From: a virus
IMG/VR virus record: IMGVR_UViG_3300050343_000212
DNA: 64,000 bases
Direction: 5' to 3' (one strand)
The position numbers and the translations under genes are program-made. Below, piece by piece: positions 30,301 through 41,671 of this stretch (position 1 is its first letter; every line of letters starts with the position of its first letter). Under the pieces are notes generated by a model. The model saw nothing but the letters and a program-made list of their open reading frames with translations, did no database searches and was not told where the DNA came from.

Positions 30301-31489
30301 TCAAAGTTTGAATCCACTGAATGTGTCCTTTTTCACATCTTGCTTGATTCCACCAACAACATAGGACTCTACCTCAGTCTCCTGTGGTGCTACCTGAAGA
30401 CCCTTAGAAGAGATCCAGTGCTGTGTCCAAGGTAATGGATTATTGCTTTGCTGCAATGTCATACAGGTTTCAGACCAATGCTTTCAGACGCGATTAGCAA
30501 TCCACTCAACATACTGTTGAAGAGTTTATCATTCAGACCAATCATAGACCATCTTTGAACAGATAGTCTGCCCAACGCTTCTCTTCATTTACAGCACGAT
30601 CAACATGCCTTATAAGTCCACTCTTCTTCTTCCTTCATGATCTGCTTCATTTCGGGATCATCACCCTTGCTTCCACTTGTTCAAAATATTTTGAGTGATT
30701 GCAAGATGCTGATTCTCATCTCTAGCAATAAGAGAGATAATTTTTGCGGATCCTTCCATAAGTTTGAGTTCACCAAATGCAAACGAGCAAGCAAAGGAAA
30801 CATAGAACCGAATACCTTCAAGAATGTTGACGTTTGCAACTGCTCTGTAAAGTTTTCTCTTAAGTTCATACTTTCCTTCTGTGCTGTAGGTGACTTTTCT
30901 AAATCATGTTGCCACATTATGACCAGTTATCATACTGATGAGCACTTGAATGAAAGTCATCATATGCTTCTGTGACACTGCTAGCACGTTCTAGAATACG
31001 TGGATCAGTAACAATCTTATCAAAGACCTCTGAAGGGTCTGCATAGACGTTCTTGATGATATATGTGTAGGAACGACTATGGATCATCTCCATAAATCCC
31101 CACACTTCCATACATGCTTCCAGTTCAGGTAAGGAACAGTAAGGAATAAATGCCATACCAGGACCACGACCCTGAATAGAGTCAAGCATAATCTGATACT
31201 TCAGATTAGAAGTATAGATATGCTTTTGTTCTGGACGAAGCAATTGATAGTCACCACGATCCTTCTGCAAAGAAACCTCTTCAGGTCTCCAGAAATAACC
31301 TAATTGTTGTGTAGTAAGTTTATCAAAGATAGGATACTTATAAGAATCATACCTCTGGACACCCAGAGGTTTACCAAAGAACATTGGTTGCTTTTTGGTA
31401 TCAACTTGTTCTGTATTAAAGACAGTCATGCCTTTAATTTCTGTTTTCACATTTTCCACTGATGATACCTTAAACTGCACAGGATTCAC
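30301..31489 (-). CDS. nrdB: ribonucleotide reductase class Ia beta subunit (frameshifted)
   Basis: [41 protein letters not shown]. Confidence 0.95.
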
Positions 31490-33764
31490 ACTCTCCCTCC
31501 TCGGCGTGTTCTAGATCTGATAATAAACTTTCTAAATTTGGTTTTTCTTCTTCAATCTCATCACTCTTCATATCATGAGTATTTTGATAGTAGGAAGTCT
31601 TCCAACCGTACTTATATGTAGTTAAAAAATCTTGTGCCATTACAGACACAGGTACTTCATTATCAGGATAGTTCTCTGGATTATAACTCCAGTTACCAGA
31701 AATTGCTTGGTCAAAGAATTTCTGCATCACGGCAACAACATTAATGTAACCACGATTAGATTCCATGTCCCACAGAAGAGTATAGTTATTCTTCAGTGTT
31801 CCATATTGAGGAACAATCTGCTTAAGAGGTCCCTTCTTGGATTTTTTAATGGACAAGTAGTCTCTAGGTGGTTCGATTCCATTGGTTGCATTTGACACAA
31901 CGGAACTGCTTTCCGATGGCATTTGTGCGGACAATGTTGAGTGCCTGAGACCGAACTCGTTGATAGATGCCCTAAGACCCTCCCAATCATGCACTAACTC
32001 CTGACTACAAATTTCATCGACATCGTTCTTATATGTATCAATTGGAAGAATTCCATCAGCATACTTTGTACGACCAAAATTTCACACCATCCTTTCTCTT
32101 TAGCAATTTGATTAGATGCTTTAAGAAGATAATATTGGAAGGATTCTGACAATCCATGAACAGCATCCCATGCCTCTTGTGAGTCGTATGCGTACCCCAG
32201 TTTGGCAAGGTAATGTGCTAGACCAATAAATCCTACTCCAAGCGATCTACGTGCCTTTGTAGCGCGTTCTGCTGCCGCTACAGGATACTCTTGATAATCA
32301 ATCAATTCCTCAAGACCACGAACAGAAAGATCACAAAGATCTTCTAGTTCTTCATCAGATTTAATCTTACCAACATTAACAGCAGAAAGAATACACAATG
32401 CAATCTCACCCAACTCATCATCAATATGACTAATTGGATCTGTTGGTAAAGTAATCTCCTGACACAGGTTACTCATATTAACCTTATCCTTAAAGGAAGA
32501 GTGACTATTACAATGATCAATGTTCATAGATACAAACGACCAGTCTCTGCTCTCTCCTTTAGGATATTCAGAATAAGTTCTTGTGCCCCGATAGTCTTTC
32601 TTGGAACAGACTCATCTGATTCATAGTCCACATATAGATCGTCAAATGTATCAGTACCAAAAGCATCATACAGACCTGGTACGTCATGCGGTGAGAATAA
32701 GCTAATCTCTCCATTCTGGATGAAACGTTCGTAGAAAAGTTTTGAAATTTGGATTGAGTAGTCAAGTTTGCGTACCCGATTGTCTTCTGTGCCTTTGTTG
32801 TTCTTGAGAACAATAATATCTTCTATTTCTTGGTGCCAGATAGGAAAGTGAACTGTAGCAGAACCACCTCTGATGCCGTTTTGAGTGCAGCATCGTACAG
32901 TTGATTCAAACTTTTTAAGGAAGGGGACCACGCCTGTGTGTTGTACCTCTCCGCCTCTGATTTTAGCGTTGATGCCACGGATTCGACCTGCGTTGATGCC
33001 GATTCCTGCGCGTTGTGCAACATATTTACCAATAGCCATGTCACTGCTAAAGATAGAATCGAGGGTGTCATCAACATCAACGAGAACACAACTCGCAAAC
33101 TGACGCAGTGGGGTTCTGACCCCTGCCATGATTGGCGTTGGGATGTTGAGTTTGTGTTTGCTGATTGCGTCATAATACCTTTTGACATAAGACATTCGTG
33201 TGTCTTTTGGATACTCTGAGAAAATAGTCAGAGCGATCATCATATACATGAACTGAGGAGTTTCATAACTCCACCATTACTTCTATCTTGTACTAGGTAT
33301 TTATCCACAACCTGTCTTAGACCAGCATATGTGAATAAGAAATCACGTTCATGATCAATATAACCATCTGCCTTGGCAATTTCTTCTTTAGAATATTTAA
33401 TAAAGATACCCTTATCATACACATCAGAATTAGTGCAACTCATAATATGAGTTTCTAATGCAGGCATCTGGCGCATCTTTCCATACAAACTCTTTCTTAC
33501 AGAAAAAAGAAGAAGTCTAGCAGCAACGAATTGATAATTAGGATGGTCCAAATCAATCAAGTCACTTGCAGACTTAATCAAAATCTCCTGGATTTCTCCA
33601 GTAGTAATTCCATCATAAAACTGGATACCAGATTTCATCTCAACCTGACTCGCAGAGACCCCTGCAAGACCAGTACATGCCTCCTCAACCATAAGATGCA
33701 TCTTATCAAGGTCTAGAGACTCAATACGTCCATCTCTTTTTTTAACCTTTGTGCCGTTGCTCAT
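31470..33764 (-). CDS. nrdA: ribonucleotide reductase class Ia alpha subunit (four frame pieces)
   Basis: ATP cone VKKRDG, PTPIMAG, SNLCQEI, SAQMPSESSS, C-terminal CESCAV. Confidence 0.96.
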
Positions 33765-34325
33765 ATTTTTTTCCAAGTGTTAAACTTAAGTTTTGCTTCT
33801 AAACCAGAATATGTGTTTGATTCTGAACATTATGGTTAAGTATTTAACAGGGTTACGATCTAGGGCTCTTCCCTGTATCCCTACCAACACATTATTTCTT
33901 ATTAAGGGTATGACAATCCTAGGATCCTCATGTTTACTGTCACTGCCGGTAAACTTATTAAAGTCTTCACAGAAATAGAAGTCACCAGAAAAGATTGCCC
34001 TGTCTTCTAAGTATTTCTTAGTCCTAGGTACATCAAAAGCTTTTGGCAGGTCCATCTTCGCCCTCTTCTCAAACTTAGGTTTGGAAGTATCTATTGTTTT
34101 GAATACACCCTCAGGAGTTTCAGTCACAAAATTCTTACCGGTGTGACCCTCTTTGAATTTCTCAAAGGTATATTGTTTATGTGTCTCACAATCAACCTCT
34201 TTAAGGAAATTGTTAAACGACAAACTCACACCGCAGTTGTGGCACTTATAATTTGTATTGTTCTTGACTCTATACAGGTATCCACGAGCCTTATTCTTAT
34301 GCTTCTGGGAATCACCACAAAGGGG
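33761..34325 (-). CDS. gp61: DNA primase gp61 (partial; N-terminal start and TOPRIM region missing)
   Basis: CPLCGDSQ..CHNC zinc finger, RIVIPL, GIQGRAL; C-terminal SGLEAKLKFNTWKKI in another frame. Confidence 0.88.
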
Positions 34326-34551
34326 TCATGATCGCTGTCCATTTTATCACGGAGTTTGTCGATTTTATCAAACAATACTTCGTCAATTTCTTCTTGCTTA
34401 GAAATTCGTTGTTCATGAACCGCTAACATGCGCGACACATTATTATTTACCTCTGCAATTTTTTCAATTGCAGAGTCAACCTTGAGACCAAAGTCTCAAA
34501 GTTTTCCAATCTTGTTTCTAAAACAGCAACCTTAACTTCATTTTCTTCCAT
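34325..34551 (-). CDS. hypothetical coiled-coil protein (C-terminus lost at junction with gp61)
   Basis: MEENEVKVAVLETRL..RMLAVHEQRISKQEE. Confidence 0.55.
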
Positions 34552-34614
34552 CTTAAGGTTTCCAAGTTTTTCTTACACCCTTCATATAGATATATTTCTT
34601 TTTCTTCTTTAATC

Positions 34615-35090
34615 TTACTGGTGGATCATCACCTGCTTCAACTGTACCAGCAATTTTTCCCCCACCAACATTATTAGTAGGCAGCGGACATTAATTGTTC
34701 TTGAAACTGTTGAAAGGTTTTCATTATTTTTGTATATTGTCTGCAATTTTTCCAAACAATTCATATCAATTTGAATATCATGCATAAATGTTTTTGGATA
34801 TTCTGGAAGTCTTCTAGAAATAGTACAAAAGTTTTCATAGAAGACCAAAGATCATCTTCAATTTTATAGAACAACATTGGAGTTGTTGCTTCACCAAAGA
34901 TATTATAAAGAATAATAAAATGATTAAAAGAAGATGAGTCTTTAGTTGACCAGTATTTTTATATCTCGTTTCAACAATCTTTTAATATATTTAAAATGAT
35001 TTAGATCTTTATCAAAATCATCTTTAGTCACTGCCTGAGGATTCTCATAATTTTGAATGGCAAACAGAAGAAATTATCTTCTTCAATTCA
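34615..35090 (-). CDS. conserved T4-like cyanophage hypothetical protein (frameshifted)
   Basis: FAIQNYENPQ..DLNHFKYIKRLL..LLLNHFIILYNIFG, read by hand. Confidence 0.6.
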
Positions 35091-35094
35091 ATTC

Positions 35095-35694
35095 ATATCA
35101 ATTAACCATTTCAAATATTTAGATGTTATGCAGCAATAGTCAATGTGCCAGCAGCAGTGCCAATAGCAGTAGAACTTGTAATAGATGAGTTCAGTTGTTG
35201 TACCAGTATCCTTAATTGTTGAACCACCGTTTTGTGCAAGTGGGTTAGCAATAACATTGAGTACATCAAGCATTTATATCTGCTGATGCTGCACCTAATG
35301 TCTTACCAAATATCAATTCATTAGTACCTGATCCACTAACATAAAGACAAGTTTGATGTCTTGCTGCGTCTGTTGTGTTATTAACAACGAAATGTGGCGT
35401 TCCAGTTACAGTTACTGCTTCATTCCATCTTACACGCATAGAGATTGTACCACCAGCACCTTTACTAAAGGCGGTTGTCATAAATTCAATCTCAGTGATT
35501 GTAGCATTTTGTAGTCTATCAGCAAGATCACCAATACAACATAAAACTTCAGGTTGTGCATTTACATTACCATTGCCGGTCATTGTGGATCCACCTTCAA
35601 CAACCCATCCACTGTTATTAGCATATACTTCTTTTTTCTCAGAGTCAGTAAGCCACTTTGGTTTTGACTCATCAGTTATTCCCCATAAAGGCAT
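35095..35694 (-). CDS. putative virion structural protein (frameshifted)
   Basis: MPLWG, WNEAVTVTG, YVSGSGTNELIF; late promoter TATAAATA at 35725-32. Confidence 0.6.
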
Positions 35695-35765
35695 GGTTCT
35701 TTCCCTTAAATTCTTTTATAGAGATATTTATAAGAAAGGAGACCTTGTAGATTGGTCTCCTTTAA

Positions 35766-36196
35766 TTATGCTTCTTCGCGATTATTGATTGCTTTAGTCA
35801 CAACTTCTAAGAGTTGATCATCCATATCAGTCTTGGTCAACTTAACTGCCTTAGCAAGAATAACAAGACAGATCTCAACCATTTTCTCACCGAGTTCTTC
35901 ATTCTCTGGAATATTTGATAGCATCTTTAATAATTTTTGATGCTAGTGGAAGTAAAAATGCAAGCATGGTAAAGATCAATTGATGGCCCATCACCTTTAT
36001 TATTTGACAGAGATACTTTCATCACAGGATAAACAGAGGAGAAAGTATTATATCTATTCTGTCCTGTCTCAGCTGCGGTCTGAAAGTCCTGACTTAGAAG
36101 ATCATCATCACCCTTAAACAATCTCTTGTCGAATCCAGCGTTAGGACCAGCGGAATTTGCCGCATTTGTATATCCGTCGGCACCTACTTTCATCAT
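35766..36196 (-). CDS. two small hypothetical proteins (frameshifted)
   Basis: MLAFLLPLASKII..VKLTKTDMDDQLL and MMKVGADGY. Confidence 0.5.
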
Positions 36197-36750
36197 GACT
36201 TAGATTTGCCCATGAACTGTTTGAAGGTCTTACGATGACTCTTGTATGAACCAATCTGACTCTTCAGGGTGTTGTAATCATTAGCGTCATAGGACTCTCC
36301 TACTGAGGAGGATCCACCATTATCACCCCCATTCCCATTGGAACCATTTCCATTCCCATTGGAACCATTTCCATTCTTATTCTCATCATCATCCACAGTA
36401 TGCCCATTCTCTTTGCGGAGCATGCCAGCAGGACCAACCATTTTAAACCCTTTTGGAATAGGCTTACACTTCTTGTCAGTATAACAATAGTAACTACCTG
36501 ACTTACAGGTCTTATGTCCTTCTTCTACCTCTACCTTATTAGGTAGTCCTTTGTGTTTGGTTTTAGCAAACTTCTTCACGTCGGACTTAGACATGGAGGT
36601 TGCAGCTTGAGAAATCTCAGACGAGGGACTTTTCATTTCCCCTTTCTGAGTTGATCTAACCATCCCGAAGAACCTTTGTTGGGCCTTTGATTTTGCTGGC
36701 ATGTCACTTCTTCTTGGTATCAATGATAGCACCCTGTCCATGTTTAGCAC
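36193..36750 (-). CDS. DUF3008-like protein with Cys-rich segment and NG repeats
   Basis: SKAQQRFFGMV..FAKTKHKGLP; CKSGSYYCYTDKKC; 21-bp tandem repeat at 36329-36370. Confidence 0.65.
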   Translation of the reverse strand: MLNMDRVLSLIPRRSDMPAKSKAQQRFFGMVRSTQKGEMKSPSSEISQAATSMSKSDVKKFAKTKHKGLPNKVEVEEGHKTCKSGSYYCYTDKKCKPIPKGFKMVGPAGMLRKENGHTVDDDENKNGNGSNGNGNGSNGNGGDNGGSSSVGESYDANDYNTLKSQIGSYKSHRKTFKQFMGKSKS

Positions 36751-37834
36751 GGATACTTGCCTTCACTTTCTCAAGTGCCGACATACCGTCATAGGGTTTT
36801 TTCTTTCCACCACCCATAGCAACATTCTTGGTAGCACTATTATAACGGTTGTTGCCGTCAACACCACCACGCTCCATACGACGGTCTTTCAGAGAATCTT
36901 CGGTTGATTCACCCATTGCTTTTGTAGGTGCTTCAGACTTTTTCACCTTACTCAATCCTTGCTGTCTTTTCTGAGCAATCATTCTATCAATCATTGCTTT
37001 CTTCTTTTGAAGTTGCAGTTCTTGAGGACTCATTGATGCATCTTCACCCATGTGATCTGCTTTCTTATAACGTTTATCACCAGACATCATTTTCTGATAT
37101 GCGGGAGTGTTTCCTTTCTTATCAGCATTAGTAACAGTCATACGAGTATCTTTTGGTTCTTCCTTTTTCTTAGGAGTACCGCCATACACTGCCTCTTCAA
37201 CCTCAATCATCTCAAGGATTTGACCTCCCAATTCTGCAATAGCTTCTGTCATTCCCATGGGGGGATTGATAATAACCTTATTTTTTACCTTTTTCTCAGA
37301 GATTTTCTCTCCAGATTTAGTATCAGTCTTTCCTTTTGGTGAAGCATTTCCACCAACATACTCAGAGAGATCAGTTCTCCAAGAGACATGCTCATTGACA
37401 TCACCATCAGTATCTTTCTTATGGAGATTCTTGTAGAGGTGTTTATGGAGTGGTTTTGCCTTATTAAGGATCTTATCCTTAGTCTTATAGTTATCTTCTT
37501 CCTTCATGGAACATTCTTTTTCCTTACCATGAATAGGACAATCTTCACCCTTGGGGGAGTGATTGCATTCTTTTTTCTCATCCAATACTTCTGTTTCTTC
37601 ACCCATGAAACCGAGTTTCTGCCTCAGTGCAGTTCTCTCAGTACCACTCAGTTGATTCTTTGCAACATAATCATTAAAAGCCTTAGGTAGGGGAACACCA
37701 TCTCTACGAGATTGATATCTGATAGCCTTAGCGTGAGCTCCAACATCAGCTCCACCATCTTGCCCCCCACTCTCCATGTCTTCTTGGAGGTTTTGAAGGT
37801 AGATGGCACTCAATTCTCTGAGTTCAATATCCAT
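36704..37834 (-). CDS. large Lys/Glu-rich hypothetical protein
   Basis: 376-aa highly charged ORF. Confidence 0.7.
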   Translation of the reverse strand: MDIELRELSAIYLQNLQEDMESGGQDGGADVGAHAKAIRYQSRRDGVPLPKAFNDYVAKNQLSGTERTALRQKLGFMGEETEVLDEKKECNHSPKGEDCPIHGKEKECSMKEEDNYKTKDKILNKAKPLHKHLYKNLHKKDTDGDVNEHVSWRTDLSEYVGGNASPKGKTDTKSGEKISEKKVKNKVIINPPMGMTEAIAELGGQILEMIEVEEAVYGGTPKKKEEPKDTRMTVTNADKKGNTPAYQKMMSGDKRYKKADHMGEDASMSPQELQLQKKKAMIDRMIAQKRQQGLSKVKKSEAPTKAMGESTEDSLKDRRMERGGVDGNNRYNSATKNVAMGGGKKKPYDGMSALEKVKASIRAKHGQGAIIDTKKK

Positions 37835-37846
37835 GAGACTGTTTTA

Positions 37847-39088
37847 CTACTTTTTCCTGTACTTATTTATGAATTGTTTACCATAATCATATCCAGGAGT
37901 CTTATCTTGTACATTCTTCAGGTACCCATCAGTTCCAATAAGGGTGTTTGGGTGTTTACCATCTCTCTTTTTCCTGTTCATTTTGACCTCAGTGTACTCA
38001 TTTAGGTCACTAATCCAGGATTTGAACATCACATTATCTTCGGTCACACAGATTAGATAGTTGGTTCCTCTACGAATGACCTTGCCGATGAGTCCAGTGT
38101 TAAGGCTCTCAACTAACTGATTAACCTTAAAAAGACCACCATTGATATAGTTTTCTCTAAGGTTTTTCCAATCAAACTTAGGTGCAATCTCCCAAAGTGA
38201 CCACCCCTCTTTGACTGACATTCTCTTTTTGAGAGTTGTCATCATCATTTTAGCAGTTTTGTCGTCGATTGTGTCAGGAATACCAGTACGATATGTCTCA
38301 AAATCGTCCTCAAGGGCCGCTTTTCTCATCTTCGACGCCGACATTCCCTCAGTTCCTTCTGCATCTGAGTCTCTATCACCAGCCGATACAGTTGCCACGT
38401 CAGAAAAATCATAGAGTTTTCCGTTGTATTCGCTAGAGAGTTTGGTGAATTCCTGAACCCGGTCACCACCAACCACAATTTTAACACTTGAATGTCCATC
38501 TGAATATGCCTGTTTCAAAACATCAAAAATAGTCTTAGAGTTGGGATCATTGACTATATTCTCAGCATAATCTGGAAAAGACTGTCTCATGACATCAACT
38601 TTCTCGTCTGGATCAAGAGGATTCTTCTTAGGATCTACTGATCTAGAGGGATATATCTTTAAAGATCCCTTACCTGCTGCCTTTTTAGCAGCATCTAATA
38701 ACTTTTTATGTCCAATCGTTGGAGGGTTGAATCTGCCGAAAGTGACTGTGAGAGGTCCAAGATCTTCTTTAGCTGACCCATCAGCTCTAGTAGGAGCTGG
38801 CATTCTTCTTGGTTTTCCATCTCCAAATGTTCCAAATTCTCCCTGCTGCACAGGCATTTGTCGGACAGATTGTGGTTCATCTGAAGATTTTAATTCTTTT
38901 TTTGGTTCTTCTTGGGATAGTTCCTTCTTAGTAAGCATCTGAAGGGTTCCCTTGCTAGTAACAGCTACCCTAGCACCCTCTTTATCATACCAATTACCAT
39001 GACCATCTCCCGTTAAACCCTTTCTTTGGGCTTGATCAGAGACGGTCGAAGTTCTAGCTTCTTTTAAAAAGTTGAAAAAACTCTTCAT
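37847..39088 (-). CDS. cytidylyltransferase-like protein (HxGH nucleotidyltransferase)
   Basis: TFGRFNPPTIGH, VVGGDRV, MSASKMR. Confidence 0.88.
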   Translation of the reverse strand: MKSFFNFLKEARTSTVSDQAQRKGLTGDGHGNWYDKEGARVAVTSKGTLQMLTKKELSQEEPKKELKSSDEPQSVRQMPVQQGEFGTFGDGKPRRMPAPTRADGSAKEDLGPLTVTFGRFNPPTIGHKKLLDAAKKAAGKGSLKIYPSRSVDPKKNPLDPDEKVDVMRQSFPDYAENIVNDPNSKTIFDVLKQAYSDGHSSVKIVVGGDRVQEFTKLSSEYNGKLYDFSDVATVSAGDRDSDAEGTEGMSASKMRKAALEDDFETYRTGIPDTIDDKTAKMMMTTLKKRMSVKEGWSLWEIAPKFDWKNLRENYINGGLFKVNQLVESLNTGLIGKVIRRGTNYLICVTEDNVMFKSWISDLNEYTEVKMNRKKRDGKHPNTLIGTDGYLKNVQDKTPGYDYGKQFINKYRKK

Positions 39089-39121
39089 CAGTTATTATAT
39101 CCCATGGGATTATTTAGATGA

Positions 39122-40039
39122 TCAGGCGTATAGGACATCCTCCAGAGCATTTGTTGATGACTCTTGATCTCGGGGAAGAACATAGTTCATGACTAGAAGT
39201 TCTTCCTTTTTATTCTTGTTTTCTTTACGATGAGCGAGACTATAACGAAACTCAAAAGTTTCCATATGAAATTCATCGAACTGTTCCCTTAACCAGGGGT
39301 GTTCATTGTAGGTAATCATCCAATTGTGGGGGGTGTCCTTACACGCTTTGACGAAGCCTTCATGAGAGAAACCAGTGTGCATCTCCTTGTTCTTACCATA
39401 CAACATATCTTTGATGAGATATGGAGGGTCAAGGAATACAAATACATCCTCACCAGGAGCTTCCATCAGGTCACGATAGTCCTGATTGGTAATCCTCCAG
39501 GGTTGAATGATCTCACTGATGTTAGCAAGTTTCTTGATCTTACTCTGTGAGAAAATGGTGTTCTTGTAAGAATCACGGATGAAAGCATTCTTGTTCTGTT
39601 CAGTAAAACCACCGAAACTAGAACGATTCAGGACATAGAAAGCAGTGGCGAGTTCAAAGTCATCGTCAGAAGTGTTGATGAGATCTCTCATATCAGCATA
39701 GAGAGCTCGGTGTTTAGCCTCCAGTTCCTCAACACCCTCAGCACGACAAGCTTCATCCTTGAGTTCAAGGAGTCGATTGATAAGGGCATCAGGATTCTTC
39801 TGTAGTTGAGTCCAGAAAGCGAACAGATTGTAGTACAAATCATTGACCCAGACAGGAACACCTGGATACATGACAGAGAAAGTAAGAGCACAAGATCCAC
39901 CACCAAGGAAACCTTCACGGTATTCTTTGATGTTCTCAGGAATCATGTTCTTACGGAACAGGTAGTAAATGATCCGTGATTTACCACCGGGATACCGGAG
40001 GACAGTGGGGTACTTACGACGTTCAACGATCTTGGCCAT
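39122..40039 (-). CDS. Dam/D12-class N6-adenine DNA methyltransferase
   Basis: LRYPGGKS, YREGFLGGGS, VNDL, FLDPPY. Confidence 0.92.
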   Translation of the reverse strand: MAKIVERRKYPTVLRYPGGKSRIIYYLFRKNMIPENIKEYREGFLGGGSCALTFSVMYPGVPVWVNDLYYNLFAFWTQLQKNPDALINRLLELKDEACRAEGVEELEAKHRALYADMRDLINTSDDDFELATAFYVLNRSSFGGFTEQNKNAFIRDSYKNTIFSQSKIKKLANISEIIQPWRITNQDYRDLMEAPGEDVFVFLDPPYLIKDMLYGKNKEMHTGFSHEGFVKACKDTPHNWMITYNEHPWLREQFDEFHMETFEFRYSLAHRKENKNKKEELLVMNYVLPRDQESSTNALEDVLYA

Positions 40040-40061
40040 GTAGACTCATTCCTATAATTCA

Positions 40062-40118
40062 ATATTAGCATGAAAAGACCACCCAGTCAAGTCGGATGGT
40101 CCGGTTTGTCAAGTGTCA
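40062..40118 (-). promoter_or_regulatory. methylase promoter with palindromic box
   Basis: TTGACT-17-TAATAT; box GTCCGGTT-TGTC-AAGTGTCA at 40099-118, 31 nt from the -10. Confidence 0.65.
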
Positions 40119-41486
40119 GGATAGTTTAACGTATGGTCCTGATACCCCTGTGACAGTAGAGGAAGCGTATCTATACATATCTTCCATTAACATATTTTTC
40201 TTTTTATCATCATTGATACCATTGATGATTTCAAACAATTTTACTGTAAGATACTTCGATTGTCTATAATTTGTGTCTCCTTGTAACCACCTCATCTCAG
40301 CTTCAGCTTCTTGATTTGCGTTGACAAGTCCGAGACTTTTTGATGTTTTAGCCACCCACTCAGCCATCTTTTCATCTCCCTGAACGGCAATTCTCCTAGA
40401 AGTTGGGTTGTCTGGGAGTTGATCAAATCCATGAGATTTCAGAAGGTTACTCATTGCCCCATGTCCGACCTTTCCATGTCTAGCCGATCCACCAAGAACC
40501 TCACCAGAGAAACCACCAGAACTAGTAAATGTTCTGAAGTTAACTTTGATTTCCTGAGGTCCTTTCTTCATGATGAGATAACCACTGGTTGAAGTCATGG
40601 GTGACTCCATCTTCTCATACTTAAAATCAACTGTAGATTTATCAGTAGGAAAGTTTATATCTGCGAGGTTTGCTCCTCTCTCCATCTTCTTGAGTGAAAC
40701 TCCAATGAACTTCTTGTCTTTCAAGAGTTCAAACATTCTAGCATTCAGAGTTTCCCATGTTGTGATACCAGCCAGTTCCTCCTGCAATTGTTGAGCAGTG
40801 AATCCACTCTTAGCAATGTAAATATCAGCTGGTGACCACTTATTCAGGTCACCATACCAACCCTGAACTTTCTTAACTTTCTTGAAAACATCACCAACCT
40901 TATCAACCATGTCACCACCACGGAGATACTTATATCCTTGACCGTATGGTGTTTTGAGTTTAAGTGCTCCCATGATGGATGACTTCTTCCAATCAGGATC
41001 CATCGACTCAATCTCTTCAAAGGAGGCACCTGTAGTAACACACTTGTCGTATGCCTTCTTTAGTTTCTGTGAATCAATAACACTATCAACAGTAACTCCA
41101 GCATTATCAATAACGTACTGAGCGTAAACTGCTTGACCAGATTCAGCGATCGCTGTCTTCTTAGAAGCTGAATAACCACCACCAACAGGTGGTTTTACAT
41201 TTATTCTAATTTTCTTATTCGTATTTTTAATCAGAACATCAATCTGAGTGTCCTTACTGTCAGTACTTACAATATAATTAGAGTTCTCAAGGTTCTTCTT
41301 GAGATTAGCCGTAGCTCTCTGTCTTTGAACTTGTGGGACTACTACTCTAAACGTGGCTATGATTCTGGATCTACCAGAGGCAGCCATTGTAGTTGAGAAA
41401 TCAGAGTAGTAGTTATAATCATCACTGCCCATCGCATCAACGACCGCCAACATGGCTTTCTTAGCTTCGGGAGGGATTGTACTCAT
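40116..41486 (-). CDS. putative PD-(D/E)XK restriction-endonuclease-fold protein
   Basis: AIAES (helix Glu), KWSPADIY and IGVSLKK resemble the PD..(S/E)xK catalytic pattern. Confidence 0.55.
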   Translation of the reverse strand: MSTIPPEAKKAMLAVVDAMGSDDYNYYSDFSTTMAASGRSRIIATFRVVVPQVQRQRATANLKKNLENSNYIVSTDSKDTQIDVLIKNTNKKIRINVKPPVGGGYSASKKTAIAESGQAVYAQYVIDNAGVTVDSVIDSQKLKKAYDKCVTTGASFEEIESMDPDWKKSSIMGALKLKTPYGQGYKYLRGGDMVDKVGDVFKKVKKVQGWYGDLNKWSPADIYIAKSGFTAQQLQEELAGITTWETLNARMFELLKDKKFIGVSLKKMERGANLADINFPTDKSTVDFKYEKMESPMTSTSGYLIMKKGPQEIKVNFRTFTSSGGFSGEVLGGSARHGKVGHGAMSNLLKSHGFDQLPDNPTSRRIAVQGDEKMAEWVAKTSKSLGLVNANQEAEAEMRWLQGDTNYRQSKYLTVKLFEIINGINDDKKKNMLMEDMYRYASSTVTGVSGPYVKLS

Positions 41487-41671
41487 TTTTGCAATTCCTC
41501 TAAGTAATCCAATGATACCAGTTTGCTCTCATATTCTGGTCCGAAATATTCTTTCACTTTGATCGGCACACCCATAACAGTTGGCCACCCACTCGCGACA
41601 TAGGTGTAAACAGTTTTACTATCCTCGTTCACAAAGTGAGGCCAAGGATACTTATACATCAATTTTCCCAA
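41483..41671 (-). CDS. small hypothetical protein
   Basis: 62-aa ORF overlapping both neighbours. Confidence 0.55.
   Translation of the reverse strand: MGKLMYKYPWPHFVNEDSKTVYTYVASGWPTVMGVPIKVKEYFGPEYESKLVSLDYLEELQK

Noticed and set aside
2572-33764. Group I introns or inteins in psbA, psbD, nrdA, nrdB
   Set aside because: Reconstructed lengths match uninterrupted genes; no intron-sized or intein-like insert seen
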